NCBI RefSeq assembly: GCF_001194135.2
Contig: NC_068988.1
Span: forward strand, 28,357,012 to 28,421,011
DNA: 64,000 nucleotides
Reading direction: 5' to 3'
Origin: Octopus bimaculoides
Taxonomy: Eukaryota
The translations under genes were made by a program, and so were the position numbers. Below, piece by piece: positions 12,801 through 25,350 of this stretch. Each line of letters opens with the position of its first letter. Position 1 is the first letter of the stretch. Below the pieces are notes generated by a model, which was not told the DNA's origin, did no database searches, and worked only from the letters and a program-made list of their open reading frames with translations.

Positions 12801-13184
12801 AATGTATTAGTGGTTAATATTATCAAGACTGGTGTATCATCACAATAATGTGTTATCTTACAGAGAACAGAGAAGTGGTGCAGAGTTGGATGAGGCGTCA
12901 ATAAAACTGAGAAGTCACAGATACTTGAAGATTACAGGAAATCAAAGTTGTGTGCCCTTTGTCTTTATATCATTGAGAATTTTAACCTTACAGGAAACCT
13001 CTCATGTTCCAGTAATACTCAACTGATGACTGTCTAAAACACTACCTTTACATGTCAAAAGACTAAATTTCTTTTTTTCTTTTTTGTTTTGTTGAAATGG
13101 AACTAAAATCTACAGTTGTATATCCAAAGCAACCTGACCTACTCGATTAGCATGCGGTTGGCATGGTAACTATATTCTTTTACC

Positions 13185-13570
13185 CTTTTATCCTTTTACT
13201 TGTTTCAGCCATTAGACTGAGGTCATGCTGGGGCACTGCCTTGAAGGGTTTTAGTCGAACAAATTGACCCCAGGACTTATTATTTTTTTTAAAGCCTAGT
13301 ACTTATTCTATCAGTCTCTTTTGTCAAACCACTAAGTTATGGGAATGTAAATACACCAACACCGATTGTCAAGTGGTGATGGGGGACAAACACAGACACA
13401 AAGACACACACATGATGGGCTTCTTTCAGTTTCCATTTACCAAATTCACTCACAAGGCTTTGGTTGGCCTGAGGTTATAGTAGAAGACACTTGCCCAAGG
13501 TGCCACGTAGTGGGACTGAACCTGGAACCATGTGATTGTGAAGCAAACTTCTTATCACACAGCCATGCTT
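13185..13570 (-). mobile_element. SINE family A, near full length
   Basis: Homology to family A across head, microsatellite and tail. Confidence 0.8.
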
Positions 13571-13669
13571 ACACCAAGCAAACTTCTTCTTGAGGCCTAG
13601 GATTCGTAAAGCTGATTGCTCAGTTTCCATGGTGTATAAGTAAATACGATGCTGGTCTGCTGTGGGGTT

Positions 13670-13900
13670 CAAAGACAGCAATTTTGAGGGAAGGAGACAA
13701 GTTGATTACACTGACCCCAGTACTTGACTGATTTCTTTATTTTATTGCCCCCCCCCTTACCTCCCCCCTTCCATCCCCCAAAAGAATGAAAGGCAAAGTT
13801 GACATCAGTAAGATTTGAATTCAGAACATAAAGAGCCGGAAGAAATGCGACTAAGCATTTTCTCTGAAGTGCTAATGATTCTGCCAGCTTACCGCCTTGG
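13670..13900 (-). mobile_element. SINE family B (tail type 2)
   Basis: GAATGAAAGGCAAAGTTGACATCAG...GATTCTGCCAGCTTACCGCCTTG. Confidence 0.7.
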
Positions 13901-14372
13901 TAACTCTATATATCTGACTGTAAGGCCTCCGAGTTTATTGTAAGAACTACACAAGATATCAATAACATTATAATCCATTAATCAGAGCTATTATTGATTA
14001 CTCTCTGTCACTGCTGCCCTTCGTTAACAATTAAATTCTTTACTTCATAATCATCATAATATTTAAGGTATTTTGTCTTTCAGTATTTTATAGTTATTTC
14101 TATACATTCTGGTCCTACATTATACCTGGCTATAATCATTACTGAAACCAATAAACACTTGTTAGTAATTGATCTATGAACCATGTGGCTATTATTACTG
14201 AACTGGTTTCATTCAGATATATGAAACCAGTTTCAAATCTGGGGCATATAGTACTAGAAACAAACAATATTTGTTGATTTTGCTTAGCGCCAGTTCAAAC
14301 ATGACTAAGAAATATAACCTTGAATGAAAAGCATTCTGACTTTGTTTTAGACAGTGCATGCAGAGGTATATT

Positions 14373-14598
14373 TACTTCTTTATTGCCCACAGGGGGCTAA
14401 ACATAGAGGGGACAAACAAGGACAGACAAAGGACTTAAGTCGATTACATCGACCCCAGTACGTAACTGGTACCTATTTAATCGATGAAAGGCAAAGTCGA
14501 CCTCAGCAGAATTTGAACTCAGAACGTAATTAATGGCAGACGAAATACTGCTAAGCATTTCGCCCATCGTGCTAACGGTTCTGCCAGCTCGCCGACTT
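14373..14598 (-). mobile_element. SINE family B (tail type 1) with 15-bp TSD
   Basis: TSD ATG(C/T)AGAGGTATATT at 14358-14372 and 14599-14613 (1 mismatch). CpG-rich body. Confidence 0.9.
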
Positions 14599-14643
14599 AT
14601 GTAGAGGTATATTATCCTATATCCTTCATACAATCATTTAGAG

Positions 14644-14927
14644 CAGTGGTTCTCAACCAGGGTCCATATAAGATTTTGTGGGGTCCACGTTAGCAAAATA
14701 ATCAATTGGGGATCCACAGCAGTATTTTAAGGGTTTTGATTTAAATGTGTGCATTGCAAGAAACAGCCAGGTTTCTTTCTCTAACATTTTACATAGTTGA
14801 ACCTGTACAGGTAAATGAATGAATAACGAAATAAAATAAGTTTTTAAGCATCAAATGGCTATAGGGTCCACCAGAATAAAATAGTAATCAAAGGGGTCCA
14901 CAGATAAAAAATGGATGAGCATCACTG
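14644..14927. mobile_element. hAT (Buster/Charlie-type) MITE with perfect 8-bp TSD
   Basis: TIRs CAGTGGTTCTCAACC / GGATGAGCATCACTG. TSD ATTTAGAG at 14636-14643 and 14928-14935 (nnnTAnnn). Confidence 0.9.
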
Positions 14928-15834
14928 ATTTAGAGGATCTTCAGTTTTGGTACCCAGTATGTTCTGGCAAGAGGTAGTTACATTGGTGGATACATATATA
15001 GTGATAATGAATATCTCATATACAGATATGGATAATATTCTAGTGATTTTCTTTGCTGAGTTTATCAGCTCAAAATCATTGTTTATTAACTAACCTTTCT
15101 ATCATTTATTGTTTGTGTACATGTGTGTGTCTTTGTCTAGACATCATGTGATAGGTGTAAATGAGCACCACTGTCAAATGAGGTTGATTCCAGTCTTCTC
15201 TGAAAAACATGCTTGGAACGCAAGGTGAGGGTTGACAATAGGAAGGGCTTCTAGCAGTAAAAAATTCTTCCTTAATAAATTCTATCTGACCCATGCAAGC
15301 ATGGAAAAGAGGATGTTAAATGATGTTGATGATGTTGTTGTTGTTGTTGTTGTTGCTTCAACATAGAATTCAATCTACTTCAGTAGTATTTGTTGACAAC
15401 AACAAGATTGAATAGAATCATGAGACTGTATAGAAACCGAGACAATTTCCAAAGAGACAAAACGATAAAGGTCCAAGCAGTGAACAGATGGCATATAAAA
15501 CATTTGGAAAAACATGTTGCTATGGGTTTAGGAGATTAGGTGGGAAAGGCAAAAAAGTAAAAACGTATGTAAAGTGATATTTGGAAATAATTCTAAGCCA
15601 GATGTGATTTGAAAAATAAGAATTCGTTGCATGGAATTTTTTTTACAGAGTTTAAGTTTTCAAATCCAATCTGTTGCTGAGAAAGATGACTGAAACATGC
15701 AAGACTGGCTGAAACTAATAAGAGATAATACTATCTGGCATTGGGATATTGTCTGGAGGAGTGGTTCGCAACCATTTTTTATCTATGGGCTCCTTTGATT
15801 CCTATCTTACTTTGGTAGACTCTCATAATCATTT

Positions 15835-15973
15835 GAAGCTCGCTTCCCAACCATATGGTTCCAGGTTCAGTCCCACTGTGTGGCACCTTGGGCAAGTGTT
15901 TTTTACTATAGCCTCAGGCCGACCAAAGCCTTGTGAGTGGATTTGGTAGACGGAAAGTGAAAGAAGCCCATCG

Positions 15974-16032
<59 letters not shown>

Positions 16033-16280
16033 CATCGTCGTATATAGGTATATGTATATATTTATGTGTATGTGAGTCTTTGTGCCTGTGTTTGTCCCCC
16101 TGCCATCGCTTCACAACTGATGTAGGTATGTTTACATCCCCATAACTTAGCGGTTTGGCAAAAGAGACCAACGAATAAGTACTTGGCTTACAAAGAGTAA
16201 GTCCTGGGGTAAATTTGTTTGATTAAAACCCTTTAAGGCGGTGTTCCAGCATGGCCACAGTCAAGTGACTGAAATGAGTA
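15835..16280 (+). mobile_element. SINE family A with internal (AT)n
   Basis: Head slightly truncated, (AT)n at ~15978-16030, tail GAGTAAAAGAATAAAAGAATAAAA. Confidence 0.85.
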
Positions 16281-16869
16281 AAAGAATAAAAGAATAAAAA
16301 TTGTAGAAGTATAGCCATAAATTTTGATAATAAAATTTTATAAGGACCCCCAAGGGTTGAAAATCACTGGTCTGGAGAAATATCTTATATCAGATTTGCC
16401 ATACATGTTACTGTGTTACTGAATATTATTTTATTTAACCATAAAAAAAAACAATTCATAAACCTTTCAAAATATGGTTTTGCTTTTCATTTAATGACAA
16501 AGTTTTTCAAATATAATTATTTAGGCAAATCAGAAAATTATTGTATTTGATGGCATAAAAGACAAATGGGAATATCAAATGCACTCCAATTTCAGCAGCA
16601 CATTTACAGGAAAAAATGATTTTGGTGCATTAAAGCATGTAATGGCCCTGAATTTTCATAGAGGACCCAGGGTAGTTTTTTTGAGACATTTTATTTTGAA
16701 ATGTGCATTTTATATGTCACCAAAATATGTTAATGACTTGGTGTGTTTTATAACACTAGGCACTCTAATATGGATCAAAATACCTATTTTCTAAATATGC
16801 AGGATTCAACCAATAGTCATGTAAAATGTCTAAGCCCATAATATAACAGCTACTGTTAAGACTTGGTGA

Positions 16870-17075
16870 TCCACAGGTGCTGGTACCACATAAAAAGCAC
16901 CCAGTACACTCTGTAAAGTGGCTGGCATTAGGAAGGGCATCCAGCCATAGAAACCATGCCAAAAAGATGACTGGAGTCTGGTGCAGCCTTTCAGCTTGAA
17001 AACTTTTGTCAAACTATCCAACCTATACCAGCATGGAGAATGGATGTTAAAAGATGAAGATGATGATGATGAAGA
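16870..17075 (+). mobile_element. 5'-truncated RTE LINE 3' UTR
   Basis: AAAAAGCACCCAGTACACTCTGTAAAGTGG...CCAGCATGGAGAATGGATGTTAAA + (GAT)n. This 3' UTR is contiguous with the RT copy at 50168-51850. Further copies at 17700-17880, 25620-25830, 26095-26300, 48775-48900, 53100-53365, 54400-54620 and 57030-57240. Confidence 0.75.
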
Positions 17076-17169
17076 GGTTTGGGGTCTTAATCTATAAACC
17101 TTAACCATTCAATCATAATAATCCCTGTTTAAAAAAAATATCATTGCAGTAAGGCTTTTGTTTCCATTT

Positions 17170-17560
17170 CTACTCATCACCATCATCATCATCCTTTCAC
17201 ATCTTCTTTCCATGCTTGCATGGATTTCATGAATCTATTCTACAAAATATCTCTCCACAGTCATGGCTCCTTATCAGCTTTCACCACTTCTGCCCATATC
17301 TTCTTCAGTGTTCCTCTCCCACTCAGATCTCTTGCTACTTCTTTATCCAAATATCACCCTACATATACATCACACGTCTGTACCAGGGCAGTCTTGTTTC
17401 TTGCACACTACATCTGATTCCCCACATACTCAGTTTTCCTCTCGGCTTATTTGTGCTCCATCATTCAAACACACTAATATTGTATATCCAGTGAAGCATG
17501 CTTACTTCACTTTATTCCAAGCATTGCATAATCTCTGTATTCAATGCCCCTATTGCTAAT
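17170..17560 (-). mobile_element. RTE LINE ORF C-terminal fossil
   Basis: Minus-strand peptide ..SMLHWIYNISV...KLSMWGIRCSVQETRLPWY.. parallels the C-terminal part of the RTE at 50570-51000. Confidence 0.65.
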
Positions 17561-17668
17561 GTAATTAGATACCTTTAGACCTTCAGTTGCAGTTTAGCAG
17601 TAAGAAGTTGGAACACAATTTTATATGATATTTCAACTCTCTAATCTGTTTACACATATTAATACCCC

Positions 17669-17706
<38 letters not shown>

Positions 17707-17880
17707 TCATTACCATCATCATCATCTTTTAACATCCGTCTTCCACACTAGCATGGTTTGGAGGACTGTACCGAGCTCCACTGTCTGCTTTGGTTTGGTT
17801 TCTACAACTGGGTGCCCTTCCTAATGCCAACAACTTTTCTTCAGAGCAAACTAGATGCTTTTTACATGCCACTACTAGCA

Positions 17881-17919
<39 letters not shown>

Positions 17920-18339
17920 GTATAATAATATAGATTTAATCAAAAAATTAAATGTGGTACTTAAAATGTTTGAGGCACCAGAATTTGGTAGGGTAAAAAC
18001 CAAAAACAAAATCAAGAGATTTGGTGAATAAAATTTGAAGAAAAGCAACAAAAATTCATTAGGTTATAGCAGTACGTACGTTTTGTACAAACTTCATTTA
18101 TTTATGTAGTGAGAACACCACATAAGATGTGCAATGAAAATGTACTCCTCAGCTGCATAATGGAAGTTCATTTTAGAAAGTCATTTTGTAGATGTGTGCA
18201 AATACAAGAGTAGGAGATGAAGAAAATACCATCTTGACTGGGCAGTTAATCAACAGTATACTTTAGATTAAAAAAGAATTTTGTTTATCTTAATTTTGAA
18301 AAATAATAGAAATATAAAAAATACCCACATTATTTATGG

Positions 18340-18480
<141 letters not shown>

Positions 18481-21054
18481 TATATTTGCATAAAGGCATA
18501 CATTTATAGGGAGTATAGCTAGCTGATTTGGTTGCGTTTCATGCCTGGTACATATTTTAAATGACTCAACAAAAAACAAAAAACAAAACCAATACAAAAA
18601 GGATTATAAAAATTCAGATGAGCAAAATAAAGTATTGCAAAGTATTCAGCGAGTCACAAATCCGACTTTAAATCTGTTTAATTTTAAAACACAAACATTT
18701 GAAATCTGGTTTACTTAGTCATTCATTCAAATTTCATCTGCCACCTTACTCAACATGTAAACCTAAACTAAAAGTGTTTACTAGTTATGTTAGCAATCCA
18801 CTCATAGTAAAAAAAAAAACTCTATTAAAAAAGTCCTCTTTCTACCACCTAAAGTAACCCCCACCCCACAACTCCAAAGTAGAACTTTAAGATAGCAATG
18901 TCAAAATATTTAATCTCAGTCAAGGAGTGTTCCATTCCATACAACACATCTACTAGAAAAAATAAAATACTAACACTGTATTACTAGACAACGAAATAAA
19001 ATGTGTATAAGAGTAAATAGAATACTATAAACTAAAGACAATTCTGAAACATCAGAAAGTCTCAAAATAAAAGAAAAAGAGAGAGAAAAGAAGGAAAAAA
19101 ATTACAAATTGTTTTTCAAATTAACCTCCCCCACCCCACCCTGTTTTGTGATTTATCTATTTTTGTTTTTCCCTTTTTTGCTACTTTCATTGTATCTTGG
19201 AAGATAAATGTTCCTATTTGGAACTGAATACTTTAGAAGTGTAAAGTGGCTGTTGAAAACTATTGTGAAAGAAATACAAAAATAGTAAAAAAAAAAAAAA
19301 AAGGATAGTGGGGAAGGGGAAGAAGTAAGGGAGAGGGAAAGTTAACAGGATATTACCTTTAAGAGGGTGGAAGACTTGTGAAACACAATGCAAAAGAACT
19401 GAAAGTACATGGAAAGAATCAAAAAACAAAACAACGAAAAAAAAAACAATGTTGCATCAATTGTTCAGAATGAAACCACATTGAGCAAAAACATATAAAA
19501 ACAACCCCTAAAAACCTCGGAAAAACTATCAGTTTCATTAAGCTCTAGCTTATGACCTGACAATTAATGTACAATAACAACAAAGACAGATAGCAGCCTC
19601 ATCATCATCACCAGCAGCAGTAGTAATTGCAGTAATAGAAAAAGGGTAAAAAGAAAACCCATATGATGTTCATTGTGTAAGTTTTCAACTGATCAATGAG
19701 TTAACCACCTAAAAGAACTGTAATCTCATCATTAATTTTGTATGGATTAGATGAGTCTCCTGGGTTACATTTGTCATCATAACAGCCGTATAGATAGAGT
19801 GTGTGGTAATAATTATGAGTAACTGGAGTAAAGCACTGACATCTGGATATTCTTCTTCTAAAGTGCCAGCCACACACAGAATGGCAGAAAGAGACAATTT
19901 AAAACAGCTCAGTTCCAAATATTTCAAACCAATTGTTATAACAAACTGGAGTTCTGAAGACTGTTTTTCAATGTAGACACCATAATTCTTCACGATGCTA
20001 TGGCAGCACAGCAGTACATCTGCACAGACTAAGAGTGTTGGACTGAATGTTAGGAAGTCTTCCTCTCACACATGATATAATGAGTCTAGCCCAAATAAAA
20101 AAAAAAAATTTTTTAATGAAAGGAAATAACTTTGGTACATCTATCCTCTTTTATCACTGATTCATTCATCACAGATCCAGGATACGTAAGTGCAGGAATT
20201 AAATTTGCTTAGGTGGGGTTCAAACCCAGTTTTTCAGGAGGATGTTCTAAGTTCTAAGTCCCTCGAAGGTACCAAGTGTTAAAAAACAGTCAACACCTCA
20301 CACCAGGCAAAAACGAATTGCTCCATGGAGGTGGCGACAACATGTCAGTGTCCATTATTCTCATTCACTAGCAGAGCAATTCATTTCATCTGGTTTGAAA
20401 TATTCAATGTTTAAGGGGGACTTTCCACTGGATGAGTCCTGCAGCTAGTAAGCGCATAATAAAACACAAGCATTGAGTATCTGACATTATTAGTCCTTGG
20501 AAATGTTGTTTGAAAAAGTTGGGGAATAACTTGGGATTTCAGAATGAAACCAATGTTTTTGCATACATTCATTTATTCATTTATCACTCATTTGTTTAAC
20601 ATGGTGTTGTTCTTTTGGAACCAAACACTCATGATAAATGAAAATAACTGCATTGTTAGTGTTTATGAATTTTGACCATAGTGTTAGATTGATTATCTAA
20701 TTGTTATACATCTCATTTTTATATTTGTACTACAGTAAGAAAATATTCTGTTATCCTAACAGTTACTGAGAAACCAATATTTTCACCATTATCAGTTGCA
20801 GAATCTTTAATTAAGTTACCAATTCTCCTACATCCAGTTTACAATTTCTTACATAAATTACCGCTTTAATAAGTACTATTGTTGTTGGGGCCCTAAGCAA
20901 CAGAAGGATATATGAGTCTGCCTATTATCGCAGCTCAATGTAATATTCTGTTATTGTTCAATTATAAAAAAACAAAACAAAAGCCACTGAAATCTGATCC
21001 ATAATCCTAACTAAATGAACTACATTCATTTCTATCTAACTACAACTGGCATTG

Positions 21055-21465
21055 AGTAAAAAGCACTCAAGGCAATCGTGCTGGTGTCACGTAAGAGGCA
21101 CTCATGTCACTGTCACGTACAAAAGCACTTGTGCTGGTGCCACATACAAGGCACTTGTGCCAGTGTCACATAAAAAGCACCTGAGCTGGTGTTGTATAAA
21201 AGGCCCTGGTACCAATGTCATGCAAAATGCACTTGGGTAAATGTCACATAAAAAGCACTTCTGCAGGTGCCTCGTGAAGGTGCCCATGCCAGTGCCACAT
21301 AAAAAGGCACCCAGTACACTGTATAGCATCAGGAAGGGCACCCAGCTATAGAAACTATATCAAAACAGACAAATGGAGCCTGGTGCAGCTCTCCAGCTGG
21401 CTAGCTCCTACCAAACTGTCCAACCCATGCCAGCATGGAAGATGGACATAAAATGATGATGATGA
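21055..21465 (+). mobile_element. RTE LINE 3' UTR with internal ~20-22 bp tandem units
   Basis: Degenerate units of GTGCTGGTGCCACATAAAAAGCAC, then the family terminus and (GAT)n. Confidence 0.75.
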
Positions 21466-22175
21466 TAACTACAACCCCCACTTTACATATTTGTATTTAG
21501 TAACTCAATTGATATGTCTTGATTATGCAGTGTCATTCCTATTCACTTTCTAAAAGTACCTTTTTTTTTTCCTGATGATTTCTTTCCAAACAATAACTAC
21601 TGTGTGGTTTCTGATTACTTGCACAAGAAAGTAATTTACTGTTCTAAACAAATAACAGCTAGGTTCATTACTGGATAATTAGGTGAGTTTTCAACCAAAG
21701 CATTCTGTCTGTCTTTTCTTTTCTTTTTTTTTCTCTTTTAATTTTTCATTTTTGCACACATTACAAATGCAAAAAAGATAGATATTATAGCAATTAAAAT
21801 TGTATCTATGTACGGTTTCAAAGATGTGAATTTGGATAATGCTTCTTATCTATTTGGAACACCATAATGAAAGCCAGCATTTTTAAAAAACTCCCATAGA
21901 ACTTTGTTATACCTTTCATGAATGAAAGTAAGACATCAGTTTCACAAAGCAATGTATACACTGGAACATAAAAATTCTTGTAGTTATTAACATCAGTGTT
22001 TTAACATCCACTTTTCCATGGTTGCATGGGTCAGATGAAGTTTATTGAGGCATATTTTCTATGGCCAGATGCCAACCCTCACCTCTTTACAAACAAGGTT
22101 GTATTTCCCCATGGTTAGACATAATTTCACAGAATATCAGAAATAAATGACACTGCTTGTATGGTATCAAGCTAA

Positions 22176-22236
<61 letters not shown>

Positions 22237-22271
22237 CACTTTATTTAAAAGCAGCAGAAATATAACAAAAA

Positions 22272-22313
22272 AACCGTTACTCTGAGTTTCACGTTCCCGT
22301 TCATCGGACAGTT
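22272..22313 (-). ncRNA. Minimal type-I hammerhead ribozyme motif with U4C core variant
   Basis: AACUGU-CCGAUGA-ACG(GGAA)CGU-GAAA-CUC(A)GAG-UA-ACGGUU. All three helices pair and the cleavage triplet is GUA. Activity not demonstrated. Confidence 0.6.
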
Positions 22314-22740
22314 TTGTCTANNNNNNNNNNNNNNNNNNNNNNNNNNNNNNNNNNNNNNNNNNNNNNNNNNNNNNNNNNNNNNNNNNNNNNNNNNNNNNNN
22401 NNNNNNNNNNNNNNNNNNNNNNNNNNNNNNNNNNNNNNNNNNNNNNNNNNNNNNNNNNNNNNNNNNNNNNNNNNNNNNNNNNNNNNNNNNNNNNNNNNNN
22501 NNNNNNNNNNNNNNNNNNNNNNNNNNNNNNNNNNNNNNNNNNNNNNNNNNNNNNNNNNNNNNNNNNNNNNNNNNNNNNNNNNNNNNNNNNNNNNNNNNNN
22601 NNNNNNNNNNNNNNNNNNNNNNNNNNNNNNNNNNNNNNNNNNNNNNNNNNNNNNNNNNNNNNNNNNNNNNNNNNNNNNNNNNNNNNNNNNNNNNNNNNNN
22701 NNNNNNNNNNNNNNNNNNNNNNNNNNNNNNNNNNNNNNNN

Positions 22741-22806
<66 letters not shown>

Positions 22807-22968
22807 ACAGGCTTCTTTCAGCTTCCACATACCAATTCCACTCACAAGGCTTTGGTTGTTCTAGAGTTATAATAGAAGGTACTTGCCCAAGATGTCACAC
22901 AGTAGGACTGAACATGAAACCATGTGGCTGGGAAGCGAACTTCTCAATCACATAGCCATGATTGCACC
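22741..22968 (-). mobile_element. SINE family A 5' half running into (GT)n and an assembly gap
   Basis: Family A head homology. Confidence 0.75.
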
Positions 22969-23124
22969 TATTATATTCTATAGTTATATTTTATCAGACT
23001 GATCAACATAGACTGAAAATTTTGATTTGAAAGTGATTCTTCTTGACAAATATCAGACTGGAAGAATTCTCACTGAGAGAATCAGGCAAAATACCATACA
23101 ATATTTCTTTTGACTCTAAGCTAG

Positions 23125-23625
23125 CAGAATTATTATTAGCATGCTGGGCAAAATGCTTAGCAGCATTTCATCTGTTTATATGTTCTGAGCTCAAAATTCC
23201 ACTGAGGTCAACTTTGCCCTTCACCCTTTCAGGGTCAATAAAATAAATACCAGTTGAACACTAGGGTCGATGTAATTGATTTACCAACTCCCTTAAAATT
23301 GTTTGCCGTGTGCCAAAATTTGAAACCAATGTTTCTTCTGACTTCTGAGTTCCAATACCACTGAGGTCTACTTTGTCTTTCATCCTTCTAGGGACAACAA
23401 GTATTAGTCAAGAACTAGGACAAGGCAGCAAACTGGCAAATCATTAGCACATTGGACAAAATGCATAATGGCATTTCTTGTGGTTCTTTACATTTTGAAT
23501 TCAAATCCTACCAAGTCAAATTTGCTTTCCATCCCTTCAGGGCAGATAAATAAATCATCTGTCAAGTACGAGGGGTCAATATAATCAACTAGGCCCCTCC
23601 CATCAAAAAAATGCTGGCCTTGAAC
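23125..23625 (+). mobile_element. Cluster of family B SINE copies (tail type 2)
   Basis: Two near-complete copies (23125-23330, 23425-23625) with a partial core between them. Confidence 0.7.
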
Positions 23626-24334
23626 CCTGCAACAGATTGACATCCTGTTCAGGGGAATTCTGTGATTTTGGTCACTTATTTGCCATGGAAACTGAGTAAG
23701 CTTATGAGTCGTAGACCTTGGGAAGAAAATAAGTACTGGAATAGATTCAATCATCTAACCCCACTCCCTTCAAAATTGCTGGCCCTCTACCATAATCAGA
23801 ACCAATCATTATTAGTGATAAAGAATCCAACACTTTCAATCCAGTCTGGCAGTAAATACATTTGTTATTGTTCATATCACAACCTTGCATTTAAATTGAT
23901 TACCTCAGGCCAACCAAAGCCTTGTGAGTGGATTTGGTAGACAGAAACTGAAAGAAGACACATATGTGTGTGAATGTGTATCTTTGTGTTTATCCCCAAC
24001 CAATGCTTGACAACTGATGTTGGTGTGTTTACATCCCATAATGTAGCAGTTCGGCAAAGGAGATCAGTAGAATAAGTACGATGCTTTAAAAAATAAGCAA
24101 TGGGGTTGATTCATTTGACTAAAATTCTTCAAAGTGGTGCCCCAGCATGGTCACAGTCGAACGACTGAAACAAGTGAAAGATAGAAGATATAAACACTAA
24201 CGTTAATTATTTAACTGTATTCTGTTCTAATGAACTAATCAACAATTATTTCAGCCAGCAGACACTTTTGATATTAAAATAAAATACACAAATATCAAGG
24301 GCCTTTGATCATGATTGACCAATTGATTGATTGT

Positions 24335-24358
24335 TTAGACAGACAGACAGACAGATAA

Positions 24359-24395
<37 letters not shown>

Positions 24396-24600
24396 AGGAT
24401 GATTGGATGGATGGACAGAGGGATGGATGGACAGACAGAGGGAAGGATGGACAGACAGAAGGATGGATGGACAGACAGTGGGGTGGATGGACAGACAGAG
24501 GGATGGATGGACAGACAGAAGGATGGATGGAGAGATAGAGGGATGAATGGACAGACAGAGGGAAGGATGGACAGACAGAGGGATGGGTGGACAGACGAAT
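24335..24600. repeat. (GACA)n/(GATA)n microsatellite followed by a 20-bp minisatellite
   Basis: Nine units of about GGATGGATGGACAGACAGAG from 24421 to 24600. Confidence 0.9.
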
Positions 24601-24954
24601 ATTTCAGCCTCAAGATAATTACTACAATATCACCAACCAAACAAACTCCCACTATTCAAAATTGAGAGTAATTTAAAGAATCCACATACCAACAAGAAAC
24701 AAACACCAGTAATATTTTGAAAGGATACACAATGGTTATTTGTCTAGACATATAATTTATCTAAATANNNNNNNNNNNNNNNNNNNNNNNNNNNNNNNNN
24801 NNNNNNNNNNNNNNNNNNNNNNNNNNNNNNNNNNNNNNNNNNNNNNNNNNNNNNNNNNNNNNNNNNNNNNNNNNNNNNNNNNNNNNNNNNNNNNNATATA
24901 TATATATATATAATTAATAACAGCAATTTAGCTGATATGATAAAGCTGTGATGT

Positions 24955-25107
24955 GCACAAGCATGGCTGTGTGGTTAAGAAGCTTGCTTTGAAAACTATG
25001 TGTTTCAGGTTCAGACCCACTACAGAGCATCTTCTACTATAGCCCTGGGACAACTAATGCCATGTGAGTAAATTTGGTAGATGAAAACTGTGTATAATCC
25101 CATTGTG

Positions 25108-25159
<52 letters not shown>

Positions 25160-25350
25160 TATATGTGTCTCTGTGACTGTATTTGTGCCCTGCCACCACT
25201 TGACAACCGATGCTGGTTTGTTTACATCCTTGTAATTTAGCAGTTCCACATCAGAGACCAACAGAGTAAGTACTAGACTGAAAAATGGTGTCCCAGCATG
25301 GCTGCAGTCCAATGACTGAGACAAGCAACAGGCAGCAGATAAAAGATAAA
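24955..25350 (+). mobile_element. SINE family A with internal (GT)n
   Basis: Head GCATGGCTGTGTGGTTAAGAAGCTTGC, tail AGATAAAAGATAAA. Confidence 0.75.

Noticed and set aside
19709-19993. 94-aa ORF and an alternative Cys-containing frame in unique sequence
   Set aside because: No recognisable domain and no convincing exon boundaries; the region looks like UTR or intron.
20417-20426. Exact NF-kB site GGGACTTTCC
   Set aside because: A single 10-mer with no cluster or promoter context cannot be distinguished from chance.
21055-21320. CRISPR-like array of ~21-bp repeats (also 61840-62000)
   Set aside because: Units are degenerate and abut without unique spacers. They are part of the RTE 3' UTR in a eukaryotic genome, and no cas genes are present.
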